Positions 29,846 through 40,751 of a DNA stretch of 64,000 nt are shown here, in pieces. Numbering within the stretch: the first letter of the stretch is position 1; the number at the start of each line of letters is the position of its first letter. The stretch comes from Sneathiella sp. (GTDB taxonomy: Bacteria; Pseudomonadota; Alphaproteobacteria; Sneathiellales; Sneathiellaceae): contig NZ_JBLHZT010000014.1 in the NCBI RefSeq assembly GCF_047631475.1, forward strand, positions 17,438 through 81,437, written 5' to 3'. The notes beneath the pieces were generated by a model, which saw only the letters and a list, made by a program, of their open reading frames with translations, searched no databases and had not been told where the DNA came from. A program made the position numbers and the translations under genes.

Positions 29846-31762
29846 ATGTTACAGATCCAAGATATTACATTCCGAATTGCCGGCAGAACTCTGCTTGAAG
29901 AGGCATCCATCCATATTCCCCTCGGACACAAGGTTGGCCTTGTTGGTCGCAACGGGACAGGTAAATCCACTTTGTTCAAGCTGATCACCGGGGAACTCCA
30001 CCATGACAGCGGCGACATTCGCCTGCGGAACGGCGCACGGCTGGGCATTTTGCCCCAGGAAGCCCCTTCTGGTCCGGAAAGCCTGCTGCAGACTGTTCTC
30101 GATGCAGATCTGGAACGAAAGTCCCTGCTGGAAGAAGCCGAAACAGCAACGGATCCGGAACGGATCGCCGAAATTCACACGCGCCTTGCGGACATCAACG
30201 CGCACACAGCTGAAAGCCGGGCTGCCAAAATTCTGGCCGGTCTTGGTTTCGATCACGAAGCCCAGCAACGCTCTTGCGCGTCCTACTCTGGCGGTTGGCG
30301 GACGAGGGTTGCCCTCGCCGGAACACTTTTTGCGGAACCTGATCTACTACTGCTTGACGAGCCGAGCAACTATCTGGATCTCGAAGCCACTTTGTGGCTT
30401 GAGAATTTTCTACGCTCCTACCAACGCACATTGATTATTATCAGTCATGACCGTGATCTGCTGAACAACGTGGCAGAAACCATTGTGCATCTGGAGGAGC
30501 TGAAGCTTCATAAATATTCGGGCAACTACGACTTCTTTGAAAAAACACGGGCCGAGAAACTTGCTTTGGCTGCTGGAATGGCCAAAAAACAGGAAGCACA
30601 AAGAAAGCATCTGCAATCTTTTGTTGATCGTTTCCGGGCGAAGGCATCGAAAGCCAAACAGGCACAAAGCCGTGTAAAAATGCTCGAAAAAATGAAGCCC
30701 ATTGCCTCGGTAATGGAAGAATATACGGTTAGCTTTGATTTTTCCTCACCTGATCCGCTGTCCTCGCCAATACTGGCGATGGAAGATTGTCAGGTCGGAT
30801 ATACGGCTGACAAACCTGTTTTAAGAAACCTGAACCTGCGAATTGATATGGACGACCGTATCGCCCTGTTGGGATCAAATGGAAACGGTAAGTCCACCTT
30901 TGCCAAGCTTATCGCCGGCCGTCTTAAAACACAGTCTGGTCAATTGCAAAAGTCCAACAAACTTAAAATCGGTTTCTTTGCCCAGCACCAACTGGACGAA
31001 ATGCGCCCCGACGAGTCAGCGTATCAGCATCTTGCTGACATCATGCCCAACGCCACGGAACCAAAGGTTCGTGCAAAACTAGGCAAGTTCGGTTTTTCAA
31101 GAGACAAATCCGATGTAGCTGTTGCGCAATTGTCCGGTGGTGAAAAAGCCCGTCTTAACTTCTGTCTGCTTTCTATCGAAAAACCACATATTCTGATCCT
31201 CGACGAGCCGACAAACCATCTGGATGTTGATGCGCGTGAAGCTTTGGTTCAGGGCCTGAACGAATTTGACGGTGCCGTGCTTCTTATCAGTCACGATCCT
31301 CATTTGGTGAGTTTGGTGGCTGACCGTCTCTGGTTGGTCGGTGACGGCGGTGTCGCGCCCTATGAAGGCGACATGGAAGAGTATAAAAAATATGTACTCG
31401 ATCAGGCTCGTGCGGCGGCATCAGGCAAAAAAATGGCGCCTCCCGGCTCCATCCAGCAACAGCCCACTGCGCCTAAGCTAAGCAACAAAGAAGCCCGACA
31501 GGCGCGCGCCAATGCACGGGCAGCACTTGCCCCAAAGAAGAAAGAAGTCAATCGGTTAGAGAAAGTTGTTCAAAAACTAGAACAAGATATTCAAAAATTT
31601 GAAACCCTGTTGGCGGCCCCTGAAACTTACGACAAGGGCGCAGACTACCAGGCCGAGTTGGCTGAAAAAATCGGGAAGTTGAAAAGCGATCTAGAGGCTG
31701 CTGAAGAGCAATGGATGATTGCCTCGGATGAATTGGAAAGCCTGAAAAGCCCGTCCCTTTAA
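29846..31762 (+). CDS. ABC-F family ATPase (YheS-like)
   Basis: Two NBDs (GRNGTGKST, GSNGNGKST), LDEP x2, no TM, C-terminal coiled coil. Confidence 0.93.
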   Translation: MLQIQDITFRIAGRTLLEEASIHIPLGHKVGLVGRNGTGKSTLFKLITGELHHDSGDIRLRNGARLGILPQEAPSGPESLLQTVLDADLERKSLLEEAETATDPERIAEIHTRLADINAHTAESRAAKILAGLGFDHEAQQRSCASYSGGWRTRVALAGTLFAEPDLLLLDEPSNYLDLEATLWLENFLRSYQRTLIIISHDRDLLNNVAETIVHLEELKLHKYSGNYDFFEKTRAEKLALAAGMAKKQEAQRKHLQSFVDRFRAKASKAKQAQSRVKMLEKMKPIASVMEEYTVSFDFSSPDPLSSPILAMEDCQVGYTADKPVLRNLNLRIDMDDRIALLGSNGNGKSTFAKLIAGRLKTQSGQLQKSNKLKIGFFAQHQLDEMRPDESAYQHLADIMPNATEPKVRAKLGKFGFSRDKSDVAVAQLSGGEKARLNFCLLSIEKPHILILDEPTNHLDVDAREALVQGLNEFDGAVLLISHDPHLVSLVADRLWLVGDGGVAPYEGDMEEYKKYVLDQARAAASGKKMAPPGSIQQQPTAPKLSNKEARQARANARAALAPKKKEVNRLEKVVQKLEQDIQKFETLLAAPETYDKGADYQAELAEKIGKLKSDLEAAEEQWMIASDELESLKSPSL

Positions 31763-31787
31763 AGGACGGCTCGGGGCGGTCATCGGA

Positions 31788-32237
31788 TCAGGCTTTTTTC
31801 TGCCAGCCGGTTTCCGTCTGTTGCCAATAGGTAACGTTTACACCTTCAGATTTAAACTGTTTCCAACGGTTACGGGCTGCGTCCAGCGCCGCGTCATCAT
31901 TGCTGTCGAACATATAAAGGCACCGCTCGAAGTCATTCAAATCAGCGGCCTCACTATTTTCCAACAAGACCAGCACATCCGAGCGGTTCAGATTTTCTTC
32001 CCCCTCCAGCGCGAGAAAAATGGGCTGTTGATCCGCAGGCCCTTCTTGCGCGGTTCCATGCGGTAAGAATGACCCTGCTGAATAAGTCCAAAGCGCTGTA
32101 TTCAATAGATCCTGCAGATCTTCTGTTTTGAAGCGAACGAGCGCCCGCATACCCCGCTCACTTACTTTTTCAAGTAACCGAGGCAGGGCACGCTCTAGAG
32201 GCTCAGCCTGTAGATGATAGAAACTGACTTCTGTCAT
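31788..32237 (-). CDS. holC: DNA polymerase III subunit chi
   Basis: MTEVSFYHL, LWTYSAGSFLPHG, ARNRWKQFK. Confidence 0.92.
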   Translation of the reverse strand: MTEVSFYHLQAEPLERALPRLLEKVSERGMRALVRFKTEDLQDLLNTALWTYSAGSFLPHGTAQEGPADQQPIFLALEGEENLNRSDVLVLLENSEAADLNDFERCLYMFDSNDDAALDAARNRWKQFKSEGVNVTYWQQTETGWQKKA

Positions 32238-32245
32238 CAGGGCGT

Positions 32246-33760
32246 TTATTTCCCTTCGTAGTTGTCCCGAACAAACCGATCGAGCAAACGAACGCCATAA
32301 CCGGTTCCGCCTTTTGGAACAGTTGGCGTGTCTTTCTTGGACCAGGCCATGCCTGCAATATCAATATGTGCCCAAGGTGTGTCGCCCACGAACTTTTTCA
32401 GGAATTCAGCGGCGACAATAGATCCCGCACCGCGACCCCCGGTTCCGATATTCTGAAGATCGGCAATCGGTGACTTGACCTGTTCTGCATATTTATCAGA
32501 CATCGGCAGGCGCCAGACGCCTTCACCGACGCGTGTACCCGCCTGATAAATTTTATCAGCAAGCGCATCGTCATTTGAAAACAGCCCGGCATTTTCATGC
32601 CCCAGCGAAATAATAATAGCGCCCGTCAAAGTCGCCAGATCAATCATGATTTCGGGCTCAAACCGGTCTTGTGTATAATAAAGCGCATCGGCCAGAACCA
32701 ACCGCCCTTCGGCATCCGTATTCAAAATCTCGATGGTTGTTCCTGACATCGCTGTAACAATATCGCCGGGGCGTTGCGCATTACCGTCTGGCATATTTTC
32801 CACCAGACCAATAACGCCGACCACATTGACTTTGGCTTTTCGCCCAGCAAGCGCCTTCATGAGACCTGTAACCGTGCCGGCGCCGCCCATATCCCATTTC
32901 ATTTCTTCCATACCGGGCCCCGGTTTCAAAGAAATACCACCGGTATCAAAACAGACACCTTTACCAACAAAAGCAATCGGTTTACGGGCGCTTTTCTTAC
33001 CAGATGCACCGTTCCAGCGCATGATGACCATCTGGCTTTCTCGAACAGAGCCCTGCCCGACACCGAGTAGAGCCCCCATTCCCAAGCGGCGCATTTTGTC
33101 TTCATCAAGGATTTCAACCTCAACACCAAGATCTGTCAATTCCTTGCACCGATCAGCAAATGTTTCAGGATGCAGCGTATTGGCAGGTTCGCTGACGAGA
33201 TCTCGCGTCATGAAAACACCCTCTGCGACGGCTTCAAGATCGACAAAAGTCTTGCGAGCACCTGCTGAAGTTTTACAGGCAACAGTCATCCGGACAAGGG
33301 ATGGTTCCGACGCTGGGTCATCTTCTGTTTTGTAGCGTGTAAAACGGTAAGCCGCCAATTTAGCACCGAAAGCAACAAAGGCTGCAGCGTCACTATCCTT
33401 GACAGCGCATTCCCCTAATCCATCCAGAATAACCGTTACATTCCGTGCACCGGAACTGTTAAGTTTTTGAACAAGGCGTCCGCCCAGATCTTCCAGATCT
33501 GTTTGGCCAATTTTTTCGCTTTCTCCCATCCCGAACAGAACTACACGGGAGACGTCCAGACCGTTGGGGGCCAGAATTTCCAGTAAATCCCCTTTTTTAC
33601 CTTTAAATCGACTGGTTTCCAGTGCGCGTGACAAAACGCCCCCGGTTAAGTCATCGACCTCTTTGGTCATCGGAGAAAAACTGTTATCCGCATAGACCGG
33701 AACAGCCAACGATCCACGCTTTGGAAGTGAGATTTCGGAAAAGGCGAATTTCATTTTCAA
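32246..33760 (-). CDS. pepA: Cytosol leucyl aminopeptidase
   Basis: VGKGVCFDTGGISLK, MKWDMGGA, NTDAEGRLVLAD. Confidence 0.97.
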   Translation of the reverse strand: MKMKFAFSEISLPKRGSLAVPVYADNSFSPMTKEVDDLTGGVLSRALETSRFKGKKGDLLEILAPNGLDVSRVVLFGMGESEKIGQTDLEDLGGRLVQKLNSSGARNVTVILDGLGECAVKDSDAAAFVAFGAKLAAYRFTRYKTEDDPASEPSLVRMTVACKTSAGARKTFVDLEAVAEGVFMTRDLVSEPANTLHPETFADRCKELTDLGVEVEILDEDKMRRLGMGALLGVGQGSVRESQMVIMRWNGASGKKSARKPIAFVGKGVCFDTGGISLKPGPGMEEMKWDMGGAGTVTGLMKALAGRKAKVNVVGVIGLVENMPDGNAQRPGDIVTAMSGTTIEILNTDAEGRLVLADALYYTQDRFEPEIMIDLATLTGAIIISLGHENAGLFSNDDALADKIYQAGTRVGEGVWRLPMSDKYAEQVKSPIADLQNIGTGGRGAGSIVAAEFLKKFVGDTPWAHIDIAGMAWSKKDTPTVPKGGTGYGVRLLDRFVRDNYEGK

Positions 33761-33991
33761 TACCTAATTTCTTTTGGATGTTTTCATATTTCAATTCAAT
33801 CTGACCTTAATCCTTACCCCAGCATCCCGATTGCCGCAACCGGCAATAACGTCCTTTTTCACACCCGAAAAGAACGTCGATTGACTAACCTCTTTCTTTT
33901 TCAGACTATTTGTTCGTCTTTCGGCGAATTTTCAGTGCATTTATGATGCTTCTGTGTGGCGAATAAAAAATCATTCGCTATACTTCCGCCC

Positions 33992-35128
33992 ATGACGAAT
34001 ATGAACCGGTACATAATCCGCCAAATGTTGGCTCCGCTTATCTTTATCACCTTCGCGTTGACCGGGGTGATATGGCTGTCACAGTCATTAAAGTTTGTTG
34101 AAAAACTGATCAACGGATTACCGATCTCGACTTTTCTCTATTTAACGGTCCTGCTTCTGCCCGGCATCCTGAAATATACACTCCTTCTGAGCCTGTTTTT
34201 TGGAACTCTGTTTGCCTTTAACAAACTCTATTCAGAATCCGAGCTGGTCGTTATGTGGGCGGCCGGCCTAAGCAAATGGGCGCTCGCAAAACCCGCAATG
34301 TATCTGGGATTTTCGGTCATGCTGTTTCTGTATATCATCAGCTTTGTGCTCAGCCCGTATGGCATTCGCGTCCTGGATGAACTCAGGGTCGAATGGCGGG
34401 AAAGCCTTGCGTCTGTTGTTCTGCGAGAAGGTGTGTTCAATACATTGGCCCGAGGTGTTACCGTTTATATCCGGGAGAAATCCTCCACGGGGGAACTGCT
34501 GGGTATTCTCGTTCATGACGAACGCGATCCAACAAAGCCCGTCACCTACATGGCCGAGCAAGGCGCGTTTGTAAAAACCGAAAGCGGCCCGCGCTTCGTC
34601 ATGAAAAAGGGCAACTTGCAGGAAGTAAAGAAGGACCTCGCCAAACTCAGCATTCTGTATTTCGATGACTATACATTGGATATTAGCCAGTTTGAGAAAA
34701 AGGGCGGCGTCAGATGGCTGGAACCAAATGCCCGGTACCTGAATGAGCTGCTATGGCCGGAAGACTCTGTAGACACGCGCCGAAACCTCAACAAAATCAA
34801 GGCCGAGCTGCATCAACGCATCGTTTTACCGCTTTATGCGATCAGTCTTATTTTTATTGGGATCGCCGGGGTAAACACAGGCGAATTTACCAGAAGAAGT
34901 CGCGTAAAACCCATATTGACAGCCGCCGTATCGGGCGTGTTGCTCATTGTCCTCGCCATGGTCTTATTTAGTCTTGCGGGCAGTGCCCCATGGCTAACAC
35001 CGATTTTATACGTCACCCCTATCGTTGCCGCGGCTATCACCGCCCATTTGGCAAGCGGCGGAAATTTCTTCAGGTCAAAACCGGCCACAAGTAACAGCGC
35101 AACCATGCTAAGCGGGAGCGCCGACTGA
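33992..35128 (+). CDS. lptF: LPS export permease LptF
   Basis: YjgP/Q architecture, SESELVVMWAAG. ATG at 33992 sits 7 nt after TATACT. Confidence 0.9.
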   Translation: MTNMNRYIIRQMLAPLIFITFALTGVIWLSQSLKFVEKLINGLPISTFLYLTVLLLPGILKYTLLLSLFFGTLFAFNKLYSESELVVMWAAGLSKWALAKPAMYLGFSVMLFLYIISFVLSPYGIRVLDELRVEWRESLASVVLREGVFNTLARGVTVYIREKSSTGELLGILVHDERDPTKPVTYMAEQGAFVKTESGPRFVMKKGNLQEVKKDLAKLSILYFDDYTLDISQFEKKGGVRWLEPNARYLNELLWPEDSVDTRRNLNKIKAELHQRIVLPLYAISLIFIGIAGVNTGEFTRRSRVKPILTAAVSGVLLIVLAMVLFSLAGSAPWLTPILYVTPIVAAAITAHLASGGNFFRSKPATSNSATMLSGSAD

Positions 35129-36222
35129 TGAAGCTTTGGGGGACACTTTCCTTTTATATGGGAAAACAGTTTTTAAAAAATGTGGGAATTATCCTAGGGG
35201 TTCTGGTTTCCATCATCTTTTTAGCGGATCTGATTGAACTTCTCCGCCGAGCAAGTGGTAAAGACAATATTACGGTTTTTATCGTCCTGCAGATGGTCTT
35301 GTTGCGCCTGCCTGACCTTACTCAGAAACTGCTACCTTTTATTGCTCTGTTTGGCGGCATGCTGACATTCTTCAGGCTGTCCCGTACAAACGAACTCACA
35401 GTTATTCGGGCAACCGGCGTCTCCGTTTGGCAATTTTTGTTACCTTGTTTAATGATTTCCCTGTTCTTTGGCATATTTGTCCTGACAGTCGTCAATCCAG
35501 TGGCGGCGACCATGGAATCCTATTCGGCCCAAATGGATGCGAAATATTTCAAAAAACGCACCAATCTCCTCATGATCTCTTCAAAAGATCTTTGGTTACG
35601 CCAGGTGGATGACAGCGGTCTCTCTGTCATCCATGCCAGAAGCGCGATCAATCAAGGCGTCGACCTGACGGATGTGATTATTTTCCAGTATGACAAAAAC
35701 GAACAGTTTACCGGACGGATTGAAGCAGAACGCGCCCGCCTTCGGCAAGGTTACTGGGACCTTGATAATGTTCTGATGACAAGCCCAGACCTCCCCGGTG
35801 TTGTTAAGGATTATATGCGTTTGGAGACGTCGCTGACCGTCAATCAAATTCAGGAAAGCTTTGCCTCTCCCAAGACATTGTCCTTCTGGGACCTCCCTGA
35901 ATTTATCGACACTCTTGAAGAGGCGGGTTTCTCGGCTCTCAGCCATCGTTTGTATTGGCATAGCCTGATTGCAGGTCCCGTTTTGCTTCTGGCCATGGTT
36001 CTGGTCGCCGCAACCTTTAGTCTGCGCGCAACAAGACGAGGGCATACCGGACTGCTTGTGATGTCCGGAATTGCAACAGGCTTTGTATTTTATTTCTTTA
36101 CCGATATTATCCAAGCACTTGGTATGTCAGGAAACCTTCCTATCCCCCTCGCGGCATGGTCACCTGCAATCACGATTACATTGTTAGGGCTAGCGATGAT
36201 GTTTCATTTGGAGGATGGTTAA
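35128..36222 (+). CDS. lptG: LPS export permease LptG
   Basis: RTNELTVIRATGVSVWQ, PLAAWSP. Follows lptF. Confidence 0.9.
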   Translation: MKLWGTLSFYMGKQFLKNVGIILGVLVSIIFLADLIELLRRASGKDNITVFIVLQMVLLRLPDLTQKLLPFIALFGGMLTFFRLSRTNELTVIRATGVSVWQFLLPCLMISLFFGIFVLTVVNPVAATMESYSAQMDAKYFKKRTNLLMISSKDLWLRQVDDSGLSVIHARSAINQGVDLTDVIIFQYDKNEQFTGRIEAERARLRQGYWDLDNVLMTSPDLPGVVKDYMRLETSLTVNQIQESFASPKTLSFWDLPEFIDTLEEAGFSALSHRLYWHSLIAGPVLLLAMVLVAATFSLRATRRGHTGLLVMSGIATGFVFYFFTDIIQALGMSGNLPIPLAAWSPAITITLLGLAMMFHLEDG

Positions 36223-38389
36223 GCGTATGAAGGGATTATTGGGTATCCTCCTGACAACGACCATGCTGACAATCGCGCATCTACCCGGCGCCCTTGCAGC
36301 AAACCAGCAGTCAATCCCCGGACTTGACAAAGAGTCGTTGTTTTCTGCTGACAAAATTGAGTATGACAAGCAGAACGAAATTGTCACTGCCATTGGCTCT
36401 GTCGAAATTGTCCAGGGAGATCGGGTCCTCAAAGCTGACAAAGTTATTTATAACGTCCGTCAGGATACAATCGAGGCCGTCGGCAACATTGCCTTACTGG
36501 AACCAAGCGGTGAAGTCGTCTTTGCGGATAAAGTGGAATTACAGAACGAACTGAAAACCGGGGCAATCCGGGATATTCGGGTGTTGTTTACAGATAATTC
36601 CAGACTGGCGGCGCAGAGCGCCGTTCGAGTAGACGAGAACACTGTTATCATGAACAACGCGGTCTACAGTACTTGCCGGATTTGTGAGACCGACCGGAAC
36701 GCAGCCCCCCTTTGGCAGGCTAAATCATCAGAAGTCGAACATGACAAGCTCTCCAAAACCATAACGTACCGGCATGCCGTTATGGAATTTTACGGCGTTC
36801 CTGTACTTTACACCCCCTATTTCAGTCATCCGGACCCAACCGTTGATCGACTAAGTGGCCTGTTGGCGCCTTCGTTTAAAAACTCATCTGATCTGGGCTA
36901 CGGAATATCCGTTCCTTATTATTATGTGATTTCCGAAGACAAGGATCTGACTGTCACACCAACCGCGACAACCAAAGCCGGCCTTCAGGTTGCAACGGAA
37001 TACCGGCAGGCTTTCAGAAAAGGCAATATTGAGCTGGACGGCTCCTTAACCTATGTGGAGGAGCGCGATAATAATGATGACAAAACCGGTGATAAAGAAT
37101 TTCTGGGTCATTTTCGCGGCAATGGCCAATTCCAAGTTAATTCAACATGGAGCTGGGGCTTTGACACGTTCGTGACCAACGACGACACCTATCTTGAAAA
37201 GTATGACATCAGTGATGCGGATACACTCACCTCAAGCGCCTATATTCAAGGTTTGCGAGGCCGAAATTATACATCAATAAGCGCCTGGGGCTTCCAAGGT
37301 CTGAACGCAGACGATAATTCCGGTGACATTCCAATCGTGCCTGCCTGGCTTGAATATTCCTATGTGGGCGAACCGGATAGGTACGGCGCGCGATTTGATG
37401 CGAATGTCGATGCCTTAACGCTGTTCCGTACGTCGGGACAGGATACATCAAGAGTATCAGCAAGTGGCGGCTGGCATTTGCCCTATACAACGCCCAGCGG
37501 CCAGGTCATCACTCTGGATGCGAATATTCGTGGTGACCTCTACTATACTCAGGACCAACTGGAGAACCCGTTTGATACGACAAGTGAAACAACAAACGAT
37601 TTCACCGGCCGTATCATTCCGTCTCTGTCTGTAAAGTGGAATTACCCTTTTGTTCGCCATGCCGGAAATACCCGTCAATTGATCGAGCCTGTGGTTGAAG
37701 CGGTATGGTCAGAAGCGCTTGGCAGTAAAAACACGCCAAACGAAGACAGCCTCAGCTTTGAATTTGACGACACCAACCTTTTCGGCTCCAACCGCTATGC
37801 CGGCCTTGACCGTGTTGAGGAAGGCCCTCGCCTGAACTATGGCATCAATCTGGGCTTTTATGGCTCTGGTGGTGGTTATACGACCTTGTTGTTGGGCCAA
37901 AGCCTGCATCTGGACAATGAAACCAGCTTTGACGAAGGAACCGGGCTTGAGGATGAACTGTCTGACTACGTCGCCAGGCTAGAAGTACAACCCACGGATT
38001 TTGTGAAATATACACAACGGGTACGGATTGATCAGGATGACCTTAACCTTGATCGAAATGAAATTGAATTTCGCCTTGGAACAGATGATACCTGGTTTGA
38101 AGTTGGCTATCTTCGCTTGCGGGATGACCTTTCAGCTGTTGAAGTTGAAAAGCGAAATGAGATTTATACAGCGAGCCGTATAAAATTGAGTGAATTCTGG
38201 AGTACATATGGCCAATATCGCCGCAATCTGGAAAGTGATGGTGGGTCAATTGATGCTCAACTGGGTCTGGAATATCTGGACGAATGCTTTGGTTTTGCGA
38301 TCGAACTTAAACGTAAATTCACCCGCGACCGGAATGTTAAACCTTCAACAGAAGTTGGTTTCAGAATAAGATTGCTTCCGTTCAATTGA
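36215..38389 (+). CDS. lptD: LPS assembly protein LptD
   Basis: Signal peptide, YSTCRIC, PLWQ, PYFSHPDPTVDRLSGLL, YLDECFG. Confidence 0.95.
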   Translation: MVKRMKGLLGILLTTTMLTIAHLPGALAANQQSIPGLDKESLFSADKIEYDKQNEIVTAIGSVEIVQGDRVLKADKVIYNVRQDTIEAVGNIALLEPSGEVVFADKVELQNELKTGAIRDIRVLFTDNSRLAAQSAVRVDENTVIMNNAVYSTCRICETDRNAAPLWQAKSSEVEHDKLSKTITYRHAVMEFYGVPVLYTPYFSHPDPTVDRLSGLLAPSFKNSSDLGYGISVPYYYVISEDKDLTVTPTATTKAGLQVATEYRQAFRKGNIELDGSLTYVEERDNNDDKTGDKEFLGHFRGNGQFQVNSTWSWGFDTFVTNDDTYLEKYDISDADTLTSSAYIQGLRGRNYTSISAWGFQGLNADDNSGDIPIVPAWLEYSYVGEPDRYGARFDANVDALTLFRTSGQDTSRVSASGGWHLPYTTPSGQVITLDANIRGDLYYTQDQLENPFDTTSETTNDFTGRIIPSLSVKWNYPFVRHAGNTRQLIEPVVEAVWSEALGSKNTPNEDSLSFEFDDTNLFGSNRYAGLDRVEEGPRLNYGINLGFYGSGGGYTTLLLGQSLHLDNETSFDEGTGLEDELSDYVARLEVQPTDFVKYTQRVRIDQDDLNLDRNEIEFRLGTDDTWFEVGYLRLRDDLSAVEVEKRNEIYTASRIKLSEFWSTYGQYRRNLESDGGSIDAQLGLEYLDECFGFAIELKRKFTRDRNVKPSTEVGFRIRLLPFN

Positions 38390-38480
38390 TAAGGTTCACA
38401 AATCCCTGCATGTGGTGGTATCCTCATGTGAATTCAGACTGATGTCCAACAACTGATTAAGTTAAGTATCGAGAACTCGA

Positions 38481-39749
38481 ATGATCACGCTTCGCACATT
38501 AATAGGCTCCCTTGTTGTCGCCGCCTTTCTTTCCCTGAATGCTACGGCAGTCAAGGCGCAAGAGGTGCAAAAAATTGTCGCCGTTGTGAACGATGAAGTA
38601 ATTTCCGGTTATGATCTGGTTCAACGGATTTCACTGACAATTTTGATGTCTGGCATTCGCGATAGCCGAAAAGCCCGTCAGGAGCTGGTCAATCCAACCT
38701 TGCGACGCTTGATTGAAGAACGTCTGAAGTTGCAGGAGGCCGCGCGCTACAACCTCACTGTCACAGATCTGGAAATGAACCAGGCCGTTGACCGGCTGGA
38801 AAAACAAAATAACATTCCTTCAGGACAACTGGATACGATCCTCGCAAATCGTAATATTTCCATCGATACCCTGCTGGAGCAAATTCGCGGACAGTTGGCG
38901 TGGGATAAAGTTATCCGGCGTCGGATCAGCCCGCGGGTTCGCGTCACAGATGAGGAAATCGAAGCTGCCCAAAAGAAAATGCGCGAAAACAAGGGCAAAA
39001 ACGAGTATCTGATCAGTGAAATTTATGTCCCTGTGGAACGACAAACGGACGAGCCTAAGATCCGGGAATTGCTCAGTCAGTTGCGGGAACAGATGAAAAG
39101 CGGCACCCCCTTCCCGCGGATTGCCTCACAATTCAGTCAAGGACCGACAGCCGCAAAAGGTGGTGACATTGGCTGGACTATGGCTGAAGACCTGCCGCCA
39201 GAAGTTGCGGCAGAAGTCGGCAGCATCAAAAAGGGGCGTGTCTCCTCTGCCATTCGAACATCTGATGGCTATTACATGATTGCTGTTCGTGATATCCGGC
39301 AGATTTTGGGAGACACAACCAGCAACGCAACGCTGGAACTAAGCCAGCTTGTCATCCCGCTGTCACCCGCGAAAAAGACCGGGCAGGAAAACAGTCAGGT
39401 AAAGTTGATCAATTCACTAAGCAAGTTCATTGATAGCTGCAATTATGTACCGGCAATGCTCAATGAAATTGCGACGACTGAAAGTGGCAAAATGGGTCGC
39501 GTTCAATTGAAAAACCTACCTGAAAAATTCCGAAACCTTGTAAAGGATTTGGAGCCGGGTCAGGCAAGTGCGCCGTTTTTGGACAAAGATAAGTATCGTA
39601 TTTTTATAGTGTGTGATCGCCGTGACCAGAATAGTCAGGGAGACAGCGAAGATGCCATCCGTCAGATGATCGGTGTTAAGCGGATCGAGGCTCGTGCCCG
39701 CCGGTATCTGAAAGACCTGCAACAGGAAGCCACCATCGAGACACGTTAA
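38481..39749 (+). CDS. surA: SurA-like periplasmic peptidyl-prolyl isomerase/chaperone
   Basis: IVAVVNDEVIS, SQGPTAAKGGDIGW, RRYLKDLQQEATIE. Located between lptD and pdxA. Confidence 0.9.
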   Translation: MITLRTLIGSLVVAAFLSLNATAVKAQEVQKIVAVVNDEVISGYDLVQRISLTILMSGIRDSRKARQELVNPTLRRLIEERLKLQEAARYNLTVTDLEMNQAVDRLEKQNNIPSGQLDTILANRNISIDTLLEQIRGQLAWDKVIRRRISPRVRVTDEEIEAAQKKMRENKGKNEYLISEIYVPVERQTDEPKIRELLSQLREQMKSGTPFPRIASQFSQGPTAAKGGDIGWTMAEDLPPEVAAEVGSIKKGRVSSAIRTSDGYYMIAVRDIRQILGDTTSNATLELSQLVIPLSPAKKTGQENSQVKLINSLSKFIDSCNYVPAMLNEIATTESGKMGRVQLKNLPEKFRNLVKDLEPGQASAPFLDKDKYRIFIVCDRRDQNSQGDSEDAIRQMIGVKRIEARARRYLKDLQQEATIETR

Positions 39750-39779
39750 ATTTCGTTCACTCTATAGAAAGACGGGACA

Positions 39780-40751
39780 ATGTCGGAAAAGATATTGGCT
39801 TTGACCATGGGCGACCCTGCAGGGATTGGTATCGAAATTTCCGCAAAAGCCTGGTCTAAAAGACGAGAGACCTCCCTTTCGGTATTTTGCCTGATCGGTG
39901 ATCGCCGGATTATTGAAAAAAGCCTACAGGATGTCATTCCCTTCGAGGTGATCGGCGATCTGAGCAATGCCCCCTCTGTCTTTGAAAACGCGCTGCCCGT
40001 TTATGATGCGGGTCCTGCTTCAACTGAGGCTGAGGCAACATTGCAGGCCATCAAAACCGCTGTTCGGTTTTGCCTATCGGGCGAGGCAGATGCCGTTGTC
40101 ACAAATCCGATCCAAAAAAAGCGACTATATGATGCAGGCTTTCAGCATCCGGGTCATACGGAATATCTTGCGGAACTAACCCACAGTTCCGGAAAGGCCG
40201 TCATGATGCTCGCGTGTGACAGCTTGAAAGTTGTCCCCGCGACCATTCATATTCCGATTGCCGATGTACCCTCTGCCCTAACACCTGACCTTCTTGAGCA
40301 TGTTATCAGAACCACAGAAGCAGATCTAAAAACCCGTTTTGGATTAAAAAAACCCAGCGTCGTCGTTGCGGGTTTAAACCCCCATGCAGGCGAAGGGGGC
40401 AGCATTGGCAATGAAGAACAGACGGTTATCATTCCGGTTATTCATAAACTGCGAAATGAAGGCCTCAATATTACGGGTCCTAACTCAGCAGATACGTTGT
40501 TTCATGCTGCGGCACGAGCCGGCTATGATGCCGCAATTTGCATGTATCATGATCAGGCGCTTATCCCCATCAAAACCATCGACTTTGACAACGGGGTCAA
40601 CGTAACACTGGGTCTTCCAATCATTAGAACCTCGCCGGATCACGGGACCGCAGAAGATATCGCAGGCAGAGGCATTGCAAATCCAGCCAGCCTTATTGCA
40701 GCCCTTAAATTGGCCGGTGAAATGGCGTCTCATACAAGGATTTCAGGATGA
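39780..40751 (+). CDS. pdxA: 4-hydroxythreonine-4-phosphate dehydrogenase
   Basis: [37 protein letters not shown]. Confidence 0.97.
   Translation: MSEKILALTMGDPAGIGIEISAKAWSKRRETSLSVFCLIGDRRIIEKSLQDVIPFEVIGDLSNAPSVFENALPVYDAGPASTEAEATLQAIKTAVRFCLSGEADAVVTNPIQKKRLYDAGFQHPGHTEYLAELTHSSGKAVMMLACDSLKVVPATIHIPIADVPSALTPDLLEHVIRTTEADLKTRFGLKKPSVVVAGLNPHAGEGGSIGNEEQTVIIPVIHKLRNEGLNITGPNSADTLFHAAARAGYDAAICMYHDQALIPIKTIDFDNGVNVTLGLPIIRTSPDHGTAEDIAGRGIANPASLIAALKLAGEMASHTRISG

Noticed and set aside
32733-33335. 200-aa plus-strand ORF
   Set aside because: Antisense shadow of pepA.
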